The notes under the pieces are model-generated. The model did not search any database. It was not told the DNA's origin and saw only the letters and a list, made by a program, of their open reading frames with translations. A program made the position numbers and the translations under genes. Below are positions 10,878 through 21,423 of a stretch of 64,000 nt of DNA, in pieces (within the stretch, counting starts at the first letter, position 1; each line of letters opens with the position of its first letter). Origin of the DNA: Anaeramoeba ignava BMAN (taxonomy: Eukaryota; Protista; Anaeramoebae); assembly GCA_028826165.1 (NCBI GenBank), contig JAPDFW010000093.1, forward strand, positions 124,001 through 188,000, given 5' to 3'.

Positions 10878-13379
10878 TAATTTAATATTTAATTTTATTA
10901 TTAAAATAATAATTTAATGTTTTAGATTTAAATATTTTATTATTTAAATATTTAACATAAAAATATAAAAAATGAGAATAGATTTAATTTAATATTTAAT
11001 TTGTAAATTAATATGGAAATATAATTTAATATTTAATTTTATTATTAAAATAATAATTTAATGTTTTAGATTTAAATATTTTATTATTTAAATATTTAAC
11101 ATATAAATATAAAAATGAGAATAGATTTAATTTAATATTTTATTTATAAATTAATTTATAAATATAATTTAATATTTAATTTTATTATTAAAATAATAAT
11201 TTAATGTTTTAGATTTAAATATTTTATTATTTCAATATTTAACATATAAATATAAAAATAAGAATAGATTTAATTTAATATTTAATTAATAAATTAATTT
11301 AAAAATATAATTTAATATTTAATTTTATTATTAAAATATTAATTTAATGTTTTAGATTTAAATATTTTATTATTTAAATATTTAACATATAAATATAAAA
11401 ATGGAAATAGATTTAATTTAATATTTAATTTATAAATCAATTTAAAAATATAATTTAGTATTTAATTTTATTATTAAAATAATAATTTATTGTTTTAGAT
11501 TTAAATATTTTATTATTTAAATATTTAACATATAAATATAAAAATGAGAATAGATTTAATTTAATATTTAATTTATAAATTAATTTGAAAATATAATTTA
11601 ATATTTAATTTTATTATTAAAATAGTAATTTAATGTTTTAGATTTAAATATTTTATTATTTAAATATTTAACATAAAAATATAAAAATAAGAATAGATTT
11701 GATTTAATATTTAATTAATAAATTAATTTAAAAATATAATTTAATATTTAATTTTATTATTAAAATAATAATTTATTGTTTTAGATTTAAATATTTTATT
11801 ATTTCAATATTTAACATAAAAATATAAAAATAAGAATAGATTTAATTTAATATTTAATTAATAAATCAATTTAAAAATATAATTTATTATTTAATTTTAT
11901 GTTTAAAATAATAATTTAATGTTTTAAATTTAAATATTTTATTATTTAAATATTTAACATAAAAATATAAAAATAAGAATAGATTTGATTTAATATTTAA
12001 TTAATAAATTAATTTAAAAATATAATTTAATATTTAATTTTATTATTAAAATAATAATTTATTGTTTTAGATTTAAATATTTTATTATTTAAATATTTAA
12101 CATATAAATATAAAAATGAAAATAGATTTAATTTAATATTTAATTTATAAATTAATTTAAAAATATAATTTAATATTTAATTTTATGTTTAAAATAATAA
12201 TTTAATGTTTTAGATTTAAATATTTTATTATTTAAATATTTAACATAAAAATATAAAAATGAAAATAGATTTAATTTAATATTTAATTTATAAATTAATT
12301 TAAAAATATAATTTAATATTTAATTTTATGTTTAAAATAATAATTTAATGTTTTAGATTTAAATATTTTATTATTTAAATATTTAACATATAAATATAAA
12401 AATGAAAATAGATTTAATTTAATATTTAATTTATAAATTAATTTAAAAATATAATTTAATATTTAATTTTATGTTTAAAATAATAATTTAATGTTTTAGA
12501 TTTAAATATTTTATTATTTAAATATTTAACATAAAAATATAAAAATAAGAATAGATTTGATTTAATATTTAATTAATAAATTAATTTAAAAATATAATTT
12601 AATATTTAATTTTATTATTAAAATAATAATTTATTGTTTTAGATTTAAATATTTTATTATTTAAATATTTAACATATAAATATAAAAATGAAAATAGATT
12701 TAATTTAATATTTAATTTAGAAATCAATTTAAAAATATAATTTAATATTTAATTTTATTATTAAAATATTAATTTAATGTTTTAGATTTAAATATTTTAT
12801 TATTTAAATATTTAACATATAAATATAAAAATGGAAATAGATTTAATTTAATATTTAATTTATAAATTAATTTAAAAATATAATTTAATATTTAATTCCA
12901 TTAATAAAACAATAATTTAATGTTTTAGATTTAAATATTTTATTATTTAAATATTTAACATATAAATATAAAAATGAGAATAGATTTAATTTAATATTTA
13001 ATTTATAAATTAATTTAAAAATATAATTTAATATTTAATTTTATTATTAAAATAATAATTTATTGTTTTAGATTTAAATATTTTATTATTTAAATATTTA
13101 ACATATAAATATAAAAATAAGAACAGATTTAATTTAATATTTAATTTATAAATTAATTTAAAAATATAATTTAATGTTTAATTTTATTATTAAAATAATA
13201 ATTTAATGTTTTAGATTTAAATATTTTATTATTTAAATATTTAACATATAAATATAAAAATAGAATAAGTTTAATTTAATATTTAATTTATAAATTAATT
13301 TAAAAATATAATTTAATATTTAATTTTATTATTAAAATAATATTTTAATGTTTTAGATTTAAATATTTTATTATTTAAA
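10878..13379. repeat. 143-bp tandem satellite array A (~17 copies)
   Basis: The marker GAATAGATTT recurs at 10976, 11119 and 11262 (period 143). Units are near-identical and almost purely A/T. Confidence 0.95.
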
Positions 13380-13778
13380 AATATTTTGAAAATTGATTTT
13401 TGAAATTAAAATTTTATCTTTTTGAATTAAATTGAATTAATATTAATTTAGAAATTTGTTTTTAAATTTAAATTTATTAATAATTTTTAAATTCCAAAAA
13501 AAAAAATTAAATTAAAAATTAAATTAAAATAATTTTCCTTTTTTTTTAATAATAAAAATTAATAAAAAATAATAATAATTTATTAATAAATTAATTTAAA
13601 ATAATAAATTAAAAAGAAAATTAAATTAATTATTAATTTAAATTTATTCTTATTTTTTATATTTTTATTTATTTTCAAAATCCACTTTTTTTATTTAAAT
13701 TTTTTTTAAATTTTTTTTTTCATTTTTTTCCTTTTTTTTTTAAAACACAAAAAACAAAAACAAAAACAAAAAAACAAA

Positions 13779-15443
13779 ATGGATAATAATAATAACAATA
13801 ACCAAATTCAAAATGCAAATCAAAATCAAAATGAAAATGAAATGAAAAATTTAGAAAAAAAAGTAACAAAAAATTTAATTAAAAATTATTCAAACCTTTT
13901 AAATGGAAATTCATTTAAAGATTTTTCAATTTTTGTTGAGAATAAATCAAATCCTTTTGAAATTAAAGTTCATAAATCAATTTTATCTTCAAGATCTCCT
14001 TTTTTTAATGAATCATTAAGGCAAGAATCTCTTTCTATTTTTTTAAATCAATTTAATAAAAAAGAAATGGAATCAATTTTGAGTTATATTTATTATGGAA
14101 ATATTTCTTTTGAGAATCAAGAAAATCTTATTCAATTATTGGAAATTTCAATTTATTTTAAATTAAATTTATTGAAAGAAATTATTCAAAAAAAAATTTT
14201 AAATTCAATTAATTATTCAAATTTTTTCCAATTTTTATTCCAAAATCGAAATTTAAATTCAAATGAAATTGAAATAAAATGTTTTGAATTAATAAATCAA
14301 AATTTTTCCCAAATTCAAAATAATGAGAATTTATTCAATTTAACTAAAGAAGAAATTATCAAATTTATTCAATTTAAACAAGAAAAAAAAGAAATTTTTC
14401 AATTTGATTTTTTTCAATTTTTAAATAATTGGATTGAAAAAAGAAATAAGAGATTAAAAGGAAAGAAAGAAAAAGAAAAAGAAAAAGAAAAGGGAATTGA
14501 AAAGAAAAGATTATTTCATTCTTTTTTTTCATTATTTGATAAAGATTCAATTTCAAAACAAGATTTTGATAAATTAAAACAATTTGATTTTTTTCCTAAA
14601 TCTTTTTTAGTTGATATTCAAAACAAAGTTATTCAAGATAATCAAAAAGAAATTGAAAACAAAGAGAAAGAAATTGAAAACAAAGAGAAAGAAATTGAAG
14701 AGAAATGGAAGAAAGAAGTTGAAAAGAATCAAAAAGAAATTGAAAACAAAGAGAAAGAAAATCAACAAATGAAAATTGAAATTGAAGAGAAATGGAAGAA
14801 AGAAGTTGAAGATATGAAACCTATTTTTGATAAATATGGAGAACAATATCAAAAAGATTTGGAATATGAAAAGAAAATAAAGGAATTTGGAAAAGCATTT
14901 TCAGATTCAGAAATTATTCAAGATTTTCAATATGTTAATAAATTACAAGAATGGATAAATGATAATAATTTTTTTTCTAAAATGAAAAAAGGATTTTCAG
15001 CAAAAAGAGATGGATTTAATTCTCAAAATTGGCATAAAGCAGTTGATGGGAAAGGAAAAACATTAGTTATTATCAAAACAAAACAAAATTTTATTTTTGG
15101 AGGTTTTACTCAAGTTGGATTTAATGGAAATAAAGGAGACATTAATGATTCAAATGCATTTATTTTTTCATTAAGAAATGATAAAGGAGATAGAATACCT
15201 GCAAAGTTTACTTGTAAAGAACCTCAATATGCAATTTTTTCTAATTTAAGTTATGGTCCATTTTTTGGTCATGGTGGGCATGATTTTTATTTAGAATCTA
15301 ATTTACAACCTGGTCATTCAAATATTGGTTATGGTTATAATCCACCTAATGGAATTACTTATGAATCAAATGAAGCTAAAAGTTATTTAGCTGGTTCTCT
15401 TGATAAATGGGTTGTTGATGAAGTTGAATCTTATTTCATTTAA
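13779..15443 (+). CDS. BTB - coiled-coil - TLDc domain protein
   Basis: N-terminal BTB (FKDFSIFV..VHKSILSSRSPFF), KEIENKE repeats, and a TLDc domain (FSAKRDGF..WHKAVDGKGKTLVIIKT..IFGGFT..AFIFSL..YGPFFG..DEVESY). Confidence 0.92.
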   Translation: MDNNNNNNQIQNANQNQNENEMKNLEKKVTKNLIKNYSNLLNGNSFKDFSIFVENKSNPFEIKVHKSILSSRSPFFNESLRQESLSIFLNQFNKKEMESILSYIYYGNISFENQENLIQLLEISIYFKLNLLKEIIQKKILNSINYSNFFQFLFQNRNLNSNEIEIKCFELINQNFSQIQNNENLFNLTKEEIIKFIQFKQEKKEIFQFDFFQFLNNWIEKRNKRLKGKKEKEKEKEKGIEKKRLFHSFFSLFDKDSISKQDFDKLKQFDFFPKSFLVDIQNKVIQDNQKEIENKEKEIENKEKEIEEKWKKEVEKNQKEIENKEKENQQMKIEIEEKWKKEVEDMKPIFDKYGEQYQKDLEYEKKIKEFGKAFSDSEIIQDFQYVNKLQEWINDNNFFSKMKKGFSAKRDGFNSQNWHKAVDGKGKTLVIIKTKQNFIFGGFTQVGFNGNKGDINDSNAFIFSLRNDKGDRIPAKFTCKEPQYAIFSNLSYGPFFGHGGHDFYLESNLQPGHSNIGYGYNPPNGITYESNEAKSYLAGSLDKWVVDEVESYFI

Positions 15444-15913
15444 AAATTAATTAATAATAAGAAAATCAGACTTTTTTTTTAATTTTTTTTTTCAAAATTT
15501 AATTCAATTTTAATTTACTTTTAATCAAATTAATTTCTTTAAAATAATAAATAAGAAACAAATTTAATTTTAAATAATTTAATTTTAATTTAAAATATTT
15601 ATTAAAAATTTAATTAATAAAAAATAATCCAAAAAAAAAAAATAATAAATTTTAAAAAATTGAATATTTTTAATATAATAAATAAAAATAAAAATTGAAA
15701 ATAGAAATTAATAATAATTAAATTTAAATTCATTAATTAAAATATTAAAATAAAAAAATCAAATAAAATTTATTATTAATTAATATTTAAATATTAATAA
15801 ATAATAATCAAAATCAAAAATAGAATAATTAGTAAATTATTTTTTTAGAAAGTTTATCTTATTCAATCATGTTAAATTCAATTTATTTAAAATTTTTTAA
15901 TTTTTTAATTTTA

Positions 15914-16540
15914 TTTTTAATATATTTTATTATAATTAAAATTGGAATAATAAATAATTAAAAATATTAATATAATAAATTAAAATATTATTTCAAATTA
16001 AAATAAAATCAATTTAAATTAAATTATTATTAAATATTATTAAAATTAAATATTTATCCTTATTAAAATATTTATTCCACTTTTTAATATATTTTATTAT
16101 AATTAAAATTGGAATAATAAATAATTAAAAATATTAAGTTAATAAATAAAAATATTATATCAACTTAAAATAAAATAACTTAAATTAAATTATTATTAAT
16201 TATTATTAAAATTAAATATTTATCTTTATTAAAATATTTCAATTTTCTTCTCAATTTTATTAAATTATTGGGAATAGTTTTATATTATTTTAAATACAGA
16301 AATATTAATAAAATATATAAAATATAATTAATTTTAAATTTAATTATTTAATATTCTTTATTCCATTTTTGAAATAAATTAATGAAAATATTTTATTAAT
16401 TTTATTAAATTATTGGGAATAATTTTATATTATTTTAAATAAATAAATATTAATAAAATATATAAAATATAATTAATTTTAAATTTAATTATTTAATATT
16501 CTTTATTCCATTTTTAAAATAAATTAATGAAAAATATTTT
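15914..16540. repeat. Two adjacent tandem duplications (~167-bp and ~145-bp periods)
   Basis: GGAATAATAAATAATT occurs at 15944 and 16111; TAAATTATTGGGAATA occurs at 16261 and 16406. Confidence 0.75.
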
Positions 16541-16855
16541 ATAATTGAAAGAAAAGAAAAACAATATAAATTTCCCAAATTAATATTAATAATGAGAAGT
16601 GAATTATATCGAGGAATGTTTTTATCTGTAACTGAAGATACTTCAAATAAAGTTACAGATTATAGTGAATTAAGTAATAAATCATTTCAAATATTTGAAT
16701 ATTGGATTTATTCAAATCAAATTAAAGATAAAATTAAAATTACACAAGAAATAATTGATGAAATTAAAATTGGAATTGATTATTTTCAATTAAATCAAAC
16801 AAATCCAAATTTATTTGATTTATTAATTAACAAATTTAATAATCAAAATCAATAA
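16538..16855 (+). pseudogene. Orphan 3' fragment (last BTB-like domain) of an RCC1-BTB gene
   Basis: Near-identical to the 3' ends at 9701-10010, 21001-21316 and 30613-30928. The RCC1 part is absent, and the fragment abuts satellite array B. Confidence 0.85.
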
Positions 16856-18185
16856 AAAAAATGAGAATAGATTTAATTTAATATTTAATTAATAAATTAA
16901 TTTAAAAATATAATTTAATATTTAATTTTATTATTAAAATAATAATTTATTGTTTTATATTTAAATATTTTCTTATTTAAATATTTAACATATAAATATA
17001 AAAAATGAGAATAGATTTAATTTAATATTTAATTTATAAATTAATTTAAAAATATAATTTAACATTTAATTTTATGTTTAAAATATTAATTTAATGTTTT
17101 AGATTTAAATATTTTATTATTTAAATATTTAACATATAAATATAAAAATAAGAATAGATTTAATTTAATATTTAATTTATAAATTAATTTAAAAATATAA
17201 TTTAATATTTAATTTTATTATTAAAATAATAATTTATTGTTTTAGATTTAAATATTTTTATTATTTAAATATTTAATATATAAATATAAAAAATAAGAAT
17301 AGATTTAATTTAATATTTAATTTATAAATTAATTTAAAAATATAATTTAATATTTAATTTTATTATTAAAATAATAATTTAATGTTTTAAATTTAAATAT
17401 TTTATTATTTAAATATTTAACATATAAATATAAAAATGAAAATAGATTTAATTTAATATTTAATTTAGAAATCAATTTAAAAATATAATTTAATATTTAA
17501 TTTTATTATTAAAATATTAATTTAATGTTTTAGATTTAAATATTTTATTATTTAAATATTTAACATATAAATATAAAAAATGGAAATAGATTTAATTTAA
17601 TATTTAATTTATAAATTAATTTAAAAATATAATTTAGTATTTAATTTTATTATTAAAATAATAATTTATTGTTTTAGATTTAAATATTTTATTATTTAAA
17701 TATTTAACATATAAATATAAAAATGAAAATAGATTTAATTTAATATTTAATTTAGAAATCAATTTATAAATATAATTTAATATTTAATTGTATTATTAAA
17801 ATAGTAATTTATTGTTTTAAATTTAAATATTTTATTATTTAAATATTTAACATATAAATATAAAAATGAGAATAGATTTAATTTAATATTTAATTTAGAA
17901 ATCAATTTATAAATATAATTTAATATTTAATTTTATGTTTAAAATAATAATTTAATGTTTTAAATTTAAATATTTTATTATTTAAATATTTAACATATAA
18001 ATATAAAAAATAAGAATAGATTTAATTTAATATTTAATTTATAAATTAATTTAAAAATATAATTTAATATTTAATTTTATTATTAAAATATTAATTTAAT
18101 GTTTTAGAATTAAATATTTTATTATTTAAATATTTAACATATAAATATAAAAAATGAAAATAGATTTAATTTAATATTTAATTTG
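16856..18185. repeat. 143-bp tandem satellite array B (~9 copies), same unit and orientation as array A
   Basis: Same unit as array A (ATGAGAATAGATTTAATTTAATATTTAAT..GTTTTAGATTTAAATATTTTATTATTTAAATATTTAACATATAAATAT). Confidence 0.95.
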
Positions 18186-18338
18186 ATTTTAGTTCTAATT
18201 TGAATATTAATTTTGGTTTTTCAAATTTTTTATTTGATTTTTTAAGATAAAAAAATTGAGAAAAAAATTTTAAGAAAAAAAAATTCCAAAAAAATTTTTT
18301 TTTTCATTTTTTTTCTTTTTGGGATTTATTTTGAAAAA

Positions 18339-19467
18339 ATGAAAAAAAAAACTAATGAAAAATTTAATACAATAGTTATGGATATTGGTTCTGATATAAT
18401 AAAAATAGGATTTGCAGGAGATGATAAACCAAGATTACTTGTTCCATCAATAGTTGGAACACCAAAACCTGATTCACTATTTCTATCAATGACACCTGAA
18501 TATTGGGTAGGAGAAAAACTAAAATCACGGAAAGACAGACTTCAGTTGAACTATATAATAGAACATGGAATAATAACAAATTGGGAATTTATGCAAACTT
18601 TATTTAGTCGTACAATACGTGATGAACTTGAAGTAGGACTAAGTGAGCACATATTTTTATTAACTGAACCTCCATTGAATCCAAAATTAAACAGAGAGAA
18701 AACCACTGAAATTATGATTGAATCATTTGATGTTCGTGGTTTTTATCTTGCAAATCAATCAGTTTTATCACTTTATGCTTCAGGAAAAAAAACAGGAATT
18801 GTTATTGATTCTGGTGATGGTTTTTCTTCTGTTGTTCCTATTTATGAAGGATATGCTTTGCCTCATGCTACTATGAAGAGTGATTTGGCAGGAAAAGATT
18901 TAACTGATTATTTAATGAAAATTTTAACAGAAAAAGGATATTCATTTACAACAAACTCCGAAAAAGAAATTGTTAAAGATATCAAAGAAAAACTTTGTTA
19001 TGTTGCTTTTGATTTTGAAGAAGAAATGATTTCCGAATCTTCTATTCAAAAGAATTATGAATTACCTAATGGAAAAAATATCACTTTAGGAAATGAAATA
19101 TTTAAATGTTCAGAAATTTTATTTCAACCTTCTTTATTTGAAATGAAACAACCAAGTATTCAGGAAATGTTTTATAATTCAATTATGAAATGTAATGATG
19201 ATATTAAAAAAGAACGTTTATGAAAATATTGTTTTATCAGGTGGTTCAACAATGATTCCAAAAATTGAAGAAAGAATTCAAAAAGAAATTAATAAATTTT
19301 CTCCTAATGATATGAATATTCAAATTATTGCACCTCCTGAAAGACAATATTCTGCTTGGATTGGAGGATCTATTTTAGCTTCTCTTCCTTCTTTCGAAAA
19401 GATGCTTATTTTAAGAGATGAATATGAAGAAATTGGACCTACGATTGTTCACAGAAAATGTTTTTGA
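18339..19467 (+). CDS. Divergent actin / actin-related protein; one frameshift in an A-run near 19207-19211, probably a sequencing error
   Basis: Motifs [57 protein letters not shown] and [17 protein letters not shown]. Removing one A fuses the two ORFs. Confidence 0.9.
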
Positions 19468-19543
19468 TTCAAATCCAAATTTTTTTCTTTTTTTTTCTTT
19501 TTTTTTCATTTTTCATTTTTTTCTTTTTTTTCTTTTTTTAAAA

Positions 19544-21316
19544 ATGAATGAAATTTTATTTTTTGGTTTAAATGAATATCCAATTCTTATCAAAAATAAA
19601 CCAAATAAAATAACAAAACCAATTCAATTTAAATTTGAAAATGAATATGAAAATGAAAATGAAAAACAAATTAAACAAATTTCAACAAGTTTTTTTGGAA
19701 CAATTTTCCTTTTTGAAAATGGAAAAGCAATAGAATATTTAGATGGAAATGATTCAAATCAAAATCCTGTAAAAATCCAAATTGAAAATATTGAAAAAGT
19801 AACTGTTGATTCCGAAAATGAAGCTATTTTAACAATAGAAGGAGAAGTATTTATCAAAGGAAGAACAATACATTTAGGAAATCCAAAAGAATCTATCAAT
19901 ATTTCATTATTAATTGAAGATACAAATGATAGAATAATTCAAGATATTGTTTCTGGTGTCAATTCAATTTACTTATTAACTTCAAACCAAAATTGTTATG
20001 GAATTGGTTCAAATTCTGATTGCCAACTTGGATTTGATTCTGAAACACTTAAAATAACAGAAAAACCAATTTTAATGATGAAAAATGTTTCTAAAATATT
20101 TTCAGGAAATTCTTCACATCATATTTTTCTTTTAAATTCAAATCAAGAATTATTTGTATCTGGATGGAACCAATATGGTCAAGTTGGATTAGGAGAATCA
20201 AGAAGAGAAACAAAAATCCAAAAATTAACCAAAATAAAAAATATTCCAAAAGGTAAAATAATTGATATTCAATGTGGATATTCTTATTCAATAATGTTGA
20301 TTGAAAATGAAAATGAAAATGAAAATCCAAAAAGAAAACTTTATTCATGTGGTTATTGGCAAAGAAATGGAATAGGGAAAGAAAAAGAAAATACTTATGA
20401 ATTTACTGAAATCAAATCATCTTTATTTGAAAATGATTGTATTCTTGAATTTTCTTGTGGAAATGCACATACTTTGATTTTAACATCAAAAGGGAAACTA
20501 ATTGGATTTGGATATAATTCTTATGGTCAATTAGGAATTGGAAATACAAATGATCAATTAATTCCAATTCAAATTGAACTTCCTAAATTAAGATTTAATG
20601 AAAATATTTCCAATTATCATCTTTCTTGTGGTGTTTCAAGATCATTTCTTTATTATTCTCCTTTTCCTTCTTCTTTTTCCAATCTTGAAGAAGATTTGAT
20701 AAAATTATTTAGAAGAAAAGAATTTTGTAATATTTCATTTAAAACAGAAAATGGAGAAATAATTGAAGCTCATAAATTAATATTGAAATATAGATTAAAT
20801 GAAAATGAAAATGAAATTGAAAAACTTAAAGAAATTATTTCAAAAAAATCAATTAAAGAATCAAATCAAATATTTGAAATGATTTATTCAAACAGAATAA
20901 TAAATCGAAAATTATATTCTGAAATTAAAGAAATTATAAATTTAAATGAAAAAATTGAAGAAACAATGAAAAGAATTTATTTAAATGAAAATGAAAAAGA
21001 TTTTACTATTGAAAGAAAAGAAAAACAATATAAATTTCCAAAATTAATATTAATAATGAGAAGTGAATTATATCGAGGAATGTTTTTATCTGTAACAGAA
21101 GATAAATCAAATAAAGTTACAGATTATAGTGAATTAAGTAATAAATCATTTCAAATATTTGAATATTGGATTTATTCAAATCAAATTAAAGATGAAATTC
21201 AAATTACACAAGAAATTATTAATGAAATTCAAATTGGAATTGATTATTTTCAATTAAATCAAACAAATCCAAATTTATTTGATTTATTAATTAACAAATT
21301 TAATAATCAAAATTAA
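19544..21316 (+). CDS. RCC1-repeat protein with C-terminal tandem BTB-like domains
   Basis: Paralog of 8196-10040. The ATG at 19544 (MNEILFFG) aligns with the paralog starts. Confidence 0.9.
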   Translation: MNEILFFGLNEYPILIKNKPNKITKPIQFKFENEYENENEKQIKQISTSFFGTIFLFENGKAIEYLDGNDSNQNPVKIQIENIEKVTVDSENEAILTIEGEVFIKGRTIHLGNPKESINISLLIEDTNDRIIQDIVSGVNSIYLLTSNQNCYGIGSNSDCQLGFDSETLKITEKPILMMKNVSKIFSGNSSHHIFLLNSNQELFVSGWNQYGQVGLGESRRETKIQKLTKIKNIPKGKIIDIQCGYSYSIMLIENENENENPKRKLYSCGYWQRNGIGKEKENTYEFTEIKSSLFENDCILEFSCGNAHTLILTSKGKLIGFGYNSYGQLGIGNTNDQLIPIQIELPKLRFNENISNYHLSCGVSRSFLYYSPFPSSFSNLEEDLIKLFRRKEFCNISFKTENGEIIEAHKLILKYRLNENENEIEKLKEIISKKSIKESNQIFEMIYSNRIINRKLYSEIKEIINLNEKIEETMKRIYLNENEKDFTIERKEKQYKFPKLILIMRSELYRGMFLSVTEDKSNKVTDYSELSNKSFQIFEYWIYSNQIKDEIQITQEIINEIQIGIDYFQLNQTNPNLFDLLINKFNNQN

Positions 21317-21423
21317 AATTAAAATTAAAATTAAAATTAAAATTAAAATTAAAATTAAAATTAAAATTAAAATTAAAATTAAAATTAAAATTAAAATTAA
21401 AATTTTTTTATTTGAAATTTGAT

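Noticed and set aside
10878-13379. CRISPR-like array
   Set aside because: Units are contiguous near-identical 143-mers with no unique spacers and no cas genes, in a eukaryotic context.
19200-19223. Programmed frameshift in actin (and at ~61473 in the ankyrin gene)
   Set aside because: Both fall in homopolymer runs in an assembly with other signs of error; sequencing error is more parsimonious.
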